Assembly (NCBI GenBank): GCA_040386535.1
Contig: JAZKFH010000015.1
Span: forward strand, 124,700 to 188,699
Direction of reading: 5' to 3'
DNA length: 64,000 nucleotides
DNA from: Myxococcota bacterium
GTDB lineage: Bacteria > Myxococcota_A > UBA796 > SXON01
Part shown: positions 46,064 to 54,362 of the stretch, one piece after another
How positions within the stretch are numbered: position 1 is the first letter of the stretch
Layout: the number at the start of each line of letters is the position of its first letter
Program-made: the position numbers and the translations under genes
The notes under the pieces: generated by a model
Databases searched by the model: none
What the model saw: only the letters and a program-made list of their open reading frames with translations
What the model was told of the DNA's origin: nothing

Positions 46064-46092
46064 TTGACGAGATTGGAGAGTGCGGCTAACCC
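46064..46092 (+). promoter_or_regulatory. Sigma-70-type promoter candidate for folE2 (probably leaderless)
   Basis: TTGACG-N17-TAACCC, 6 nt before the ATG at 46099; no SD in between. Confidence 0.45.
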
Positions 46093-46098
46093 GCCCCC

Positions 46099-47265
46099 AT
46101 GCACGCTGCACCTACGTCCGAGTCGCCCGCCCGCGAGCACCTGCCCGATCACGCCAGCCACGTCGACGAGCGCGGGGTCGACATCGACCGCGTGGGCATC
46201 CGCGGGCTGTCGTGGCCCATCACGGTGTGGGACCGCAGCAACAAGATGCAGCCCACCGTCGCGACGTTCGACGCCACGGTCGCGCTCCCCGCGAGCCAGA
46301 AGGGCACGCACATGAGCCGTTTTGTCGAGGTGCTCAACGGCGTTCGTGGCGAGCTCTCGCTCAAGAACCTCCCGGGCGTGCTCGCCGAGATCCAGCGCCG
46401 CCTCGGCGCCGACAAGGCCCAGCTCGACGTGCGGTTCCCCTACTTCATGAGCCGCAAGGCGCCCGTGAGCGGCGCCGAATCGCTGATGGAGTACCGCGCC
46501 GCGTTCCACGCCAGTCGCGACGGCGATCGCTTCGACTTCGTGCTCGAAGTGCGCGTGCCGGTCACGACGCTCTGCCCCTGCTCCAAGGCGGTGAGCGAGC
46601 GCGGCGCGCACAACCAGCGCGGCATCGTCACCGTCGAGCTCCGCAGCGACGACTTCGTCTGGATCGAGGACGTGGTCGAGGCCGTCGAGGCCTGTGCCTC
46701 CGCGCCGCTCTACGCGCTCCTCAAGCGCGAGGACGAGAAGTTCGTGACCGAGCAGGCCTACGACAACCCCGTGTTCGTCGAGGATCTGCTCCGCGAGGTC
46801 ACGGTCAAGCTGCGCCCCCGGGCCACGTGGCTCCGCGTGTCCGTCGAGAACGTCGAGTCCATCCACAACCACTCCGCGTGGGCCGTGGTCGAGCACGGCG
46901 AGGCCCCCGTCCGCACCTCCGTGGACATCGAGGGTGAGGTCCTGGGGCGGGGGGGAGCCCCCCGCAACGCCCCCCCCGCGTCGATGGACGCGAACGCGGC
47001 CTTCGGCCCGTGGCTCCGTGCCCAGCGGGTCTCGCGCAACTGGTCGCAGCAGGAGCTCGCCGATCGGGTGGGCGTCAGCGCGCCGCACCTCTCCAAGGTG
47101 GAGTGTGGCGAGCGCTCGCTCCCGGCCAGCGCCTACGAGCCGCTGGGAGTGGCGCTCGGCCAGGATGCCGACGTGTTGCGGCTCCGCGCGGGGGTCGTGC
47201 CCGCGGCGGTGCTGGCGCGGCTCCAGGCCGATCCCGAAGGCGCGCTGCGGTGGGCGGAGGGGTAG
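46099..47265 (+). CDS. folE2: GTP cyclohydrolase I type B (FolE2) fused to a C-terminal XRE-type HTH domain
   Basis: IDRVGI, KGTHMSRF, TTLCPCSK, GAHNQR, LKREDEK, NPVFVED, ESIHNH; then FGPWLRAQR...WSQQELADRVGVSAPHLSKVECGER. Confidence 0.92.
   Translation: MHAAPTSESPAREHLPDHASHVDERGVDIDRVGIRGLSWPITVWDRSNKMQPTVATFDATVALPASQKGTHMSRFVEVLNGVRGELSLKNLPGVLAEIQRRLGADKAQLDVRFPYFMSRKAPVSGAESLMEYRAAFHASRDGDRFDFVLEVRVPVTTLCPCSKAVSERGAHNQRGIVTVELRSDDFVWIEDVVEAVEACASAPLYALLKREDEKFVTEQAYDNPVFVEDLLREVTVKLRPRATWLRVSVENVESIHNHSAWAVVEHGEAPVRTSVDIEGEVLGRGGAPRNAPPASMDANAAFGPWLRAQRVSRNWSQQELADRVGVSAPHLSKVECGERSLPASAYEPLGVALGQDADVLRLRAGVVPAAVLARLQADPEGALRWAEG
46941..46977 (+). repeat. GC hairpin repeat copy C, in the FolE2-HTH linker
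   Basis: CCTGGGGCGGGGGGGAGCCCCCCGCAACGCCCCCCCC; encodes LGRGGAPRNAPP. Confidence 0.72.
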
Positions 47266-47281
47266 CGCTCCACCGTCGTGT

Positions 47282-47755
47282 TCAGTCGTCGCACTCGCAC
47301 GACGGCCGGACGGTGAGCGCCACCTCGACGATCTCGCCCTCGGGGATCTCCACGACAGGGGAGTCCGTCTCGGCGTCGTCCGGGCCCCAGTCGGGGCCGA
47401 ACACCTCCACGAGCGTGTCGCCGATCCAGCCGGAGGGCGAGCAGCTGGACTGCGGCTCCTCGGGCTCCTCACACCCCGGGTGGCTGTCGAGGTTGCCCAT
47501 CACGTAGACGTGGTGCACGCCCTGGCTGACCGTCGCCTGGAGCGTGCCCGTGAAGCCCAGCCGACCGAGCGCGCGATCGGGCGCGTCGAGCACCGGGGCC
47601 ACGCTGCTCCCCGCTTCGATCACCGGCAGGGTCCCCGAGGGCGGATCGGCGACGTCGGCTCCGGGCGTGAGCCGGATCACCACGTTGTGGGTGGACGCGT
47701 CGGAGGGCTCCAGCGTGCACGCGCCCAGCGCGAGCAGGAGCGCGAGCGGTGTCAC
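47282..47755 (-). CDS. Hypothetical lipoprotein
   Basis: GTGA overlap start; lipobox LGAC; four further Cys. Confidence 0.65.
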   Translation of the reverse strand: MTPLALLLALGACTLEPSDASTHNVVIRLTPGADVADPPSGTLPVIEAGSSVAPVLDAPDRALGRLGFTGTLQATVSQGVHHVYVMGNLDSHPGCEEPEEPQSSCSPSGWIGDTLVEVFGPDWGPDDAETDSPVVEIPEGEIVEVALTVRPSCECDD

Positions 47756-49110
47756 GAACGAACGCCCGACCGCCGCCGCGCCACCGCCAGCCCGGCGATC
47801 AGCAGCCCCGCGAGCGCACCGGACGCGCCGCCCGGCGTCGCGCAGCCGCACCCGGTCCCGGCCTTCAACGGGTCTGCCCCGGTCGGGTCCTCCTCGCCGA
47901 ACGGCGTCTCGTCGTCGTCCTCGTCGTCGGGGCCCCCGTCGTCGTCGCAGGTCCCGCCGTCCTCGACCATCCCGACGTTGCAGATCGGGAAGTACTCCTC
48001 GAGGTCCTCGGCGTAGTCGATGAAGCGCATCTGCGTCGTGTCGTGCATGTTCGTTTGATACAGCACGAGGTCCTGCGTCGCCGTCTCGGGCGTGTAGCGC
48101 ATGCGCAGGCGCGTGAACCAGTAGTACATGCCGACGTGGTAGTCGGCTTGGTACCCGAGGGTGAACATGGCGTTGTCGTCGGGGATGACGCCGGTGCACG
48201 GGTCACAGTTCCCGTTGCCCCACGAGTACTCCGTGACCCAGCTCGCGCCCGCCTGGGCCGCGTACGCCTCGTCCAGCTGCCGGTCGTAGTACGCGGTGAG
48301 GTCCTCGCCGTCCTCCGGCTGGAACATGCAGTCGGAGTCGACCGCGGCCTCGGCGTAGTTGGCGATCGCGGTGCGGCCCTGCTCGTAGTCGGAGATCGCG
48401 TAGATGCGCAGGTCCTGCGTGCCCGGCGAGTTGAGCGTGCCGATGCGGATCGGCAGGCCGAACGGCGCCGACTCGTAGCTGAACTGCAACGGGGAGAGCA
48501 CGTCGCCCGGCTCGACGCCAGCGTCCTCGCGCACCTGGGCCGCGAAGAAGTACGCGCCGCCCTCGATGTACTCGCCGAGCAGGCGCTCGGATTCGTCGGG
48601 AACGGCGTAGCCGTTGGTCTGGAGCCACGCCACGAGGCTGCCGGACTCGGTCGCGGAGAGGATTGAGATGTCGTACTCGCTGACGATGTACTGGGCCTCG
48701 ACCTCCACGTCCGTGTCGGCCGTGTCAGCATCCGAGTCCGCGTCGGTGTCCGCGTCCGTGTCCGTATCGCTCTCGTAGTCGAAGTCCTCGCACTCGTAGC
48801 GGACCTGCCGGGGGTTCGAGTAGCCCCGCAACAGGTCGAACACCGTCGGGTCCACGACATGGATCGCGTCCTCGGCGAGCACCTCGGGCACGGGCACCAC
48901 CATGGCGAAGCCGCGCGTGTCCCCCGTCACGTCGTTGGCGACCGTGAGCGTGGTGCGCGAGCCCTGCCGCACGATGGCGACCTCGCTGGCGGCGTTCTGC
49001 GGGGCCTCGTCGTAGCTCGACACGTAGGTGCCGCAGAAGGCGGCGGCGTCCGGCGCGCCGAGCAAGGCTATCGTCGCGATGAGGGAGGCGAGAGGCAGGG
49101 ATCGGGGCAC
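47752..49110 (-). CDS. DUF2330 domain protein with MYXO-CTERM-like sorting signal
   Basis: AAAFCGTYV, FAMVVPVP, WLQTNGY, LPIRIG, VTEYSW, TRLRMRY; tail GCGCAT...GLLIAGLAVARRR. Confidence 0.85.
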   Translation of the reverse strand: MPRSLPLASLIATIALLGAPDAAAFCGTYVSSYDEAPQNAASEVAIVRQGSRTTLTVANDVTGDTRGFAMVVPVPEVLAEDAIHVVDPTVFDLLRGYSNPRQVRYECEDFDYESDTDTDADTDADSDADTADTDVEVEAQYIVSEYDISILSATESGSLVAWLQTNGYAVPDESERLLGEYIEGGAYFFAAQVREDAGVEPGDVLSPLQFSYESAPFGLPIRIGTLNSPGTQDLRIYAISDYEQGRTAIANYAEAAVDSDCMFQPEDGEDLTAYYDRQLDEAYAAQAGASWVTEYSWGNGNCDPCTGVIPDDNAMFTLGYQADYHVGMYYWFTRLRMRYTPETATQDLVLYQTNMHDTTQMRFIDYAEDLEEYFPICNVGMVEDGGTCDDDGGPDDEDDDETPFGEEDPTGADPLKAGTGCGCATPGGASGALAGLLIAGLAVARRRSGVRS

Positions 49111-49242
49111 GGGATCCTCGGGATGTCCCATCTTGCGCCCCGCGCGGCGCGGACACAACCGCGAGGCTGCACGAATCATCCCGCGGCTACGCCCCCGCTT
49201 GTGCAGAACCGCGAGGCGCCTGCTACACGCCTCGTCGGGCCC

Positions 49243-50166
49243 TCACTCCGCGACACACGCGAGCACGTCCACCGTCCCCATCCCCATCTGGCGGCCCCGC
49301 AGCGAGAGCTGGGCGTCGGTGACGCGGCGGCGCGAGGTGCGCGTGGCGGCCAGGGTCTCCGGGTCGACGACCGCGATCCAGGTGGTGATCGACGAGCCGC
49401 TGTCGAACGTGATCTCGCCGAGCCCGATCCCCGCCGCCTGCGCGGTCGCGGTCATCTTCGCGAGGGTGTCCTCGCGCACGGTCGCCTCGGGGAGCCGCGC
49501 CTCGAGCCGCAGCTCGACGCAGGCGGGGGCGCCGCCATCGGCGCACGGCACCATCCGGGACGCGCTCCACGTCAGGGCCGTGCCCTCGGGGAAGGGCTCC
49601 TTCTTGCCGGCCTCGCCGAGCTCCGAGCGGCCCACCGTCAGCTCCCGGCCGAGCCAGTGGCCGAAGTGGGCGTACCAGTCCTCGCGCAGGCGCAGCGCGA
49701 GCGCCTCCGGGCCGAGGCTGTCGGCCAGCATGGGGCGCATCCGCTCGATCTGCCCGGCGGGGAGGCCCGCCTCGGTCAGCAGCCCGGTGAACACGGCCTC
49801 GATAGCGCCCGGATCGTAGGCGTCGACGCCCTTCCAGCGGCCCTTCTTGTCGACGAGGTAGCGCGGCATCACCGGCTCGACGCGCGCGAAGAGGGCATCC
49901 AGCGAGGGGGCGCCCTGCGGCGGCGGCGGATCCTGGGTGACCTCGATCACCTCGAGCGCGCGCGTGCCGACGGCCCACGACTTCCCGGACTTCAGGAGCT
50001 CCGGGGTGACACGCAGGTCCGTGTGGACGGTCGAGCTCTGCGGGCCGCGGCGCTGCTCACGGTCCCCGGTGCAGTGCAGCGGCGTGGTGGCGGCCGCGGC
50101 GGTGGGGTCGAAGCGGAGGGACACCGTCTCGGCGGCGGCAAAGGCGACCAGCAGGAGGAGCGACAT
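49243..50166 (-). CDS. Hypothetical exported protein
   Basis: Signal-like N-terminus; GC3-biased ORF filling the gap. Confidence 0.65.
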   Translation of the reverse strand: MSLLLLVAFAAAETVSLRFDPTAAAATTPLHCTGDREQRRGPQSSTVHTDLRVTPELLKSGKSWAVGTRALEVIEVTQDPPPPQGAPSLDALFARVEPVMPRYLVDKKGRWKGVDAYDPGAIEAVFTGLLTEAGLPAGQIERMRPMLADSLGPEALALRLREDWYAHFGHWLGRELTVGRSELGEAGKKEPFPEGTALTWSASRMVPCADGGAPACVELRLEARLPEATVREDTLAKMTATAQAAGIGLGEITFDSGSSITTWIAVVDPETLAATRTSRRRVTDAQLSLRGRQMGMGTVDVLACVAE

Positions 50167-50190
50167 GCGCAGAAGGTACCGCGTCCGCCG

Positions 50191-50844
50191 TCAGACGGGC
50201 GGCTCGACCACCAACCCGCTCGCCCGGATCGCGTCTTCGAGGCCGGGGCGCTCCCGCAGCCACGCGCCGGGGCTCCCCTTGCCGCCCTCTTCCTGCACGT
50301 AGGTCCACTCCGACGTGATCGTGGCGTGCCGGCCGCGGAACACGTGGGCGGAGAGCGGCGCGTCGCCCACGAGGGTGGAGAGGAGGCGATACCGCCCGTC
50401 CACCGTGGTGGCGGTCGTGCCGTCGGCCAGCGGCAGGGTGAACAGCGCCACGCGCTTCTTGCCCGGCCGGCCCTTCTCCACCTGGCCCGCGGAGCGGTCC
50501 TCCAGGTACACCAGCGCGAGGCCCTGCTCCGTCACCGCCTTGCTGCCGACCGCCGCGTCGTAGGCGTAGAGCAGATCGAGCTCCCCGTCGGCCAGGACCA
50601 CCCCGGCCGTCCGCACCGTGGCGCCGTTCGTCACCAGCTCGGCGCGCGCCTCGTCGACCGCCTTGCGGATCCCCGCCACACACGCCTCCACGGACGCGTC
50701 CGCCTCGCAGCCCACCCCGTCGGGCCACGCGTTGTGCAGCTGCTGCACGACCTGGGCGGTGCCCGCCTTCACGTCGAGCGTGATGGTGGTGGTGGCGCTG
50801 TCGTAGCAGCCGGCGAGCAGGGCGAGGAGCGGGAAGACGCGCAT
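50191..50844 (-). CDS. Hypothetical lipoprotein
   Basis: MRVFPLLALLAGC lipobox. Confidence 0.7.
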   Translation of the reverse strand: MRVFPLLALLAGCYDSATTTITLDVKAGTAQVVQQLHNAWPDGVGCEADASVEACVAGIRKAVDEARAELVTNGATVRTAGVVLADGELDLLYAYDAAVGSKAVTEQGLALVYLEDRSAGQVEKGRPGKKRVALFTLPLADGTTATTVDGRYRLLSTLVGDAPLSAHVFRGRHATITSEWTYVQEEGGKGSPGAWLRERPGLEDAIRASGLVVEPPV

Positions 50845-50962
50845 TCCACCTGCTATCCCGCGAACCGCCCGGGTCGCCCGCCCGGATGCGGCCGGATCCC
50901 GCCGGGCGGCGCTCCGGCGCATCGGAACGCGCGGAGATAGAGCGGCCGACCAGGAGGTGGGC

Positions 50963-51952
50963 GTGCGGGTCCTCGTCACCGGCGGCGCCGGCTACATCGG
51001 CAGCGTGGTCGCGGAGCAGCTCGTGGCCCGCGGCGACCATGTGGTCGTCTACGACAACCTGCTCACCGGGCACCGCGCCGCCGTGCCGCCGGGCGCCCGG
51101 CTCGTCGAGGGCGACATCGGGGACGTCGCTACGCTGCGGCGCACGCTCCGCGCCGAGGGCATCGACGCGGTGGTGCACATGGCCGCCGTCTCGCTCGTCG
51201 GCGTGTCGGTGAAGGACCCCGCCGCGTACTACCGCAACAACGTGACCGCCGGCCTCGCGATGCTCGACGCGATGCTGGCCGAGGGGGTGCTTCGCATCGT
51301 GTTCTCCTCCTCCGCGTCGGTGTACGGCGAGCCCGAGCGCCAGCCGGTCCGCGAGGAGGACGCCACGCGCCCCACGAGCCCGTACGGCGCCACCAAGCTC
51401 GCGTTCGAGGACATCCTCCGCTGGTACGACGGCGCCTACAGCCTGCGCTCGGTGTGCCTGCGCTACTTCAACGCCGCCGGCGCCTCGGCCCGCGCGGGTG
51501 AGGACCACGAGCCGGAGACCCACCTCATCCCGAAGCTGCTGCGCCTCGCGATCGGGGTCGGCGAGCCCATCGCCGTGTACGGCCAGGACTACCCCACGCG
51601 GGACGGGACCGGCGTGCGCGACTACGTGCACGTGCTCGACCTCGCGGACGCCCACGTCGCCGCGCTCGACGCGGTGGCGGGTGGCAGCCGGGTCTACAAC
51701 CTGGGCTGCGGCGGCGAGGGGTACTCCGTGCAGGAGGTCGTCGACGCCGCGCGCGCCGTGACCGGGCACGCGATCCCGGTCACCGTGGGGCCGCGCCGCT
51801 CGGGGGATCCGGCGGTGCTCGTGGCCAGCTCGGATCGCATCCGGACCGAGCTCGGCTGGCGTCCGCGCCACCAGGACCTCGGCGCCATCATCGGCTCCGC
51901 GTGGCGCTGGATCCAGGCGCACCCGCGCGGGTGGGACGACCGCGCGGCGTGA
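50963..51952 (+). CDS. galE: UDP-glucose 4-epimerase
   Basis: VLVTGGAGYIGS, FSSSASVYG, YGATK, LRYFNAAG, DGTGVRDYVHV; AGGAGG SD. Confidence 0.96.
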   Translation: MRVLVTGGAGYIGSVVAEQLVARGDHVVVYDNLLTGHRAAVPPGARLVEGDIGDVATLRRTLRAEGIDAVVHMAAVSLVGVSVKDPAAYYRNNVTAGLAMLDAMLAEGVLRIVFSSSASVYGEPERQPVREEDATRPTSPYGATKLAFEDILRWYDGAYSLRSVCLRYFNAAGASARAGEDHEPETHLIPKLLRLAIGVGEPIAVYGQDYPTRDGTGVRDYVHVLDLADAHVAALDAVAGGSRVYNLGCGGEGYSVQEVVDAARAVTGHAIPVTVGPRRSGDPAVLVASSDRIRTELGWRPRHQDLGAIIGSAWRWIQAHPRGWDDRAA

Positions 51953-52006
51953 CGCTGCCGTGTGACGCCACGCCGACCTCGGGGCCGACCGCGCGTCGTC
52001 ACCCGA

Positions 52007-54310
52007 CTACCACACGCCGTTCGTGATCTCGAGCTCGTAGTTCGCGCAGGAGAAGGCCGAGAGCCGGATCACGTGGATGTAGTAGTCGCTCGAGAGGTCT
52101 TCGCAGTTGTTGTACGAGTCGACGCTGCCGTCGGCGCACGCGCGGGTCTCGGCGGGGGCGGTGTGGCCGTCTCCCTGGTCCTGCGCGAACTGCTGGTACT
52201 CGGTGTACCCGGTGCCTTCGGGGTCGGTGGCCGATCCCGAGCCGCAGTCGAGGTAGCCCTCGGTGCAGCCGCCGTCGTACACGGCGAACGCGTAGTCGCC
52301 CGAGCCGTCCACCAGCTCGACGTGGAAGTTGTAGTAGTTGATGCCGGACGTGGCGCCGTCGCTCGTCTGGACCAGGTACCAGTCGTCATCCCCGGTCGCG
52401 ATGAGGTTGCCCGAGACGGAGAGCGTGGTGGTGCCGCCGTCCGAGAGGGTGGACCAGTCGATGATCGGGTTCGTGCAGGTGTCGCCGTACCCGGAGCTGT
52501 CCTCGTACTCGTCCCACGGGTCGCAGGCTTCGGTCGAGACCGTGTTCGACACGCCGCTGGTGTTGCCTTCGCTGTCCGCCGCGGTGGCGTAGAACGTGTA
52601 GGTCACCGCGCGGCTGAGGGTCTGCGAGAAGGTGAACACGCCGGCGCCGTTGGCGGTCGTGGTGTCGCTGCCGCTCCCGGTCGAGCTGGTCCAGTACAGC
52701 GTCACCGACGCGTACGCCTCGCTCGTGCCGATGAGGGTGACCGTGTCCTCGTTGCGGAACGGGTCGATCGACGTGAGCACCGGAGAGTCGGGGGCGGTGT
52801 AGTCGTTCACCTCCACCGAGTCGGAGGCGGAGGGGCCGTCGACCGTGCCGTCGTTGGGGACGACGGTGCACTCCCACACGTCGGCGTTGCTCGTGTCGCT
52901 CGCGCTGACGGACGACGTGGTGCTGCCCGTGGCCGTGCCGTTGTTCTCCCACGTGTAGGCGTAGGAGATCGCGTCGCCGTCGGCGTCGGTGCTGTTCGAG
53001 ACGACGGAGCACGTGAGGGTGTCGTCGTCCTCGGGGTACTCGGGGGAGACAGCGACGACAGGGGCCGTCGGCACGCTGTTCTGGATCTCGCGCACGCCCG
53101 ACGTGGCCGTGGCGCCGACGACCGTGCCGTCCCACGGGGTGACGGTGACGGTGAGCTGGTCACCCTTCACGAAGTAGGTGCCGCCGAGCGTCGCGTCGGT
53201 GGCGCCGGAGATCTCGGTGCCGTTGAGCGCCCACTGGTAGCGGTAGCCCTCGGCGTCCCCGTCCGAGTCGCCGAAGCCCGCGGGCACCGCGGTCAACGTG
53301 TCGTTCGTGTAGGCGGTGGTGGGGGTGATCGTGACGGACGAGACGCTCGGCGGCGCGTTGCCGATCACGATGTCGTCGACGCCGAAGGGCCCGGTGTCGA
53401 ACCCGTCGGACGGGGTGGCGTTGACCTCCCACACGTCGCCGCGCACGGTGTCCGTGGCGGGCACGGTGTTCCCCGTGTGGGTCGTGAGCGCGCCGTTCCG
53501 GTACCAGGCGTAGGTGTAGGCGATCGTGTCCCCGTTGGGATCGGGCGACTCCGTCACGATCGTGGCGCGCAGCGTGTCGTCCGAGCCGGCCGGATCGGGC
53601 GTGATCGCGACGACCGGCGCCTCGGGGGGGCCGTTCACGAACAGGGTCAGGCGGTCCACGCCGGTGTTCCCGTCCGCGTCGGTGACGCTCAACTGGATCG
53701 CGTGCGTTCCGACGGAGAGCGCGTCGGTGGCGAACTCGACGTCTCCGGACGAGGCCGCGCCGGTGGTGTTCAGCACGCCGTCCAGATCGCTCTCCCAGGA
53801 GATGACGAGATCGGCGGGGGCGTCCTCGACATCGGCCACGGTGGCGGAGAACAGGACGATGTCGCCGTCGTTCACCCGGTCGCCCGTGGCGGGGGTGAGG
53901 ATCTCGACCACCGGGGCGTTGCCCGCCTCGACCATCAGCTCGATGCTGGCAGACGCGGTCTGGCCGCCTGGATCGGTGGCGATGATGCTGACGGTCGCCG
54001 CGCCGGGGGTGAACACGTATTCGCACGTGGACAGGCCCAGGGTGTCGAAGACGGCGGTGTCGCAGACGCTGCCGCCGTTGACGGACCAGTTCACGTCGAT
54101 GAGGTCGAGCGTCTCTTCGTACGACTCGTCGATGACGCGGCCGGCGAGCATCACCGGCACGCCGGCGTCGATGATCGTGCCGTCGAGCGGGTTCTCGATC
54201 GCGACGACCGGGGGCTCGGTGTACTTCGAGACGACGACGTCCCCGCAGGCGGCGAGGAACACCGAGCTGGAGACGGCGAGGAGGACGAGGGAACTGGGGA
54301 GCGCGCGGAT
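52007..54310 (-). CDS. Large surface lipoprotein with tandem Ig-like domains; start codon uncertain
   Basis: Lipobox LAAC; repeated N.PP.V.I..P / D.DGD.I.Y.Y.W units; Thr/Asp-rich. Confidence 0.78.
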   Translation of the reverse strand: MRALPSSLVLLAVSSSVFLAACGDVVVSKYTEPPVVAIENPLDGTIIDAGVPVMLAGRVIDESYEETLDLIDVNWSVNGGSVCDTAVFDTLGLSTCEYVFTPGAATVSIIATDPGGQTASASIELMVEAGNAPVVEILTPATGDRVNDGDIVLFSATVADVEDAPADLVISWESDLDGVLNTTGAASSGDVEFATDALSVGTHAIQLSVTDADGNTGVDRLTLFVNGPPEAPVVAITPDPAGSDDTLRATIVTESPDPNGDTIAYTYAWYRNGALTTHTGNTVPATDTVRGDVWEVNATPSDGFDTGPFGVDDIVIGNAPPSVSSVTITPTTAYTNDTLTAVPAGFGDSDGDAEGYRYQWALNGTEISGATDATLGGTYFVKGDQLTVTVTPWDGTVVGATATSGVREIQNSVPTAPVVAVSPEYPEDDDTLTCSVVSNSTDADGDAISYAYTWENNGTATGSTTSSVSASDTSNADVWECTVVPNDGTVDGPSASDSVEVNDYTAPDSPVLTSIDPFRNEDTVTLIGTSEAYASVTLYWTSSTGSGSDTTTANGAGVFTFSQTLSRAVTYTFYATAADSEGNTSGVSNTVSTEACDPWDEYEDSSGYGDTCTNPIIDWSTLSDGGTTTLSVSGNLIATGDDDWYLVQTSDGATSGINYYNFHVELVDGSGDYAFAVYDGGCTEGYLDCGSGSATDPEGTGYTEYQQFAQDQGDGHTAPAETRACADGSVDSYNNCEDLSSDYYIHVIRLSAFSCANYELEITNGVW

Positions 54311-54362
54311 GGGGCACCTCTGGCGCTGCGTAGGCAACGGGATCAGTATAGCGGGCACCATC

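Noticed and set aside
45590..47265. 7-deazaguanine DNA-modification (dpd) island
   Set aside because: No dpdA/tgt, queC or queE in the window; folE2 plus queD alone fit housekeeping pterin or queuosine synthesis.
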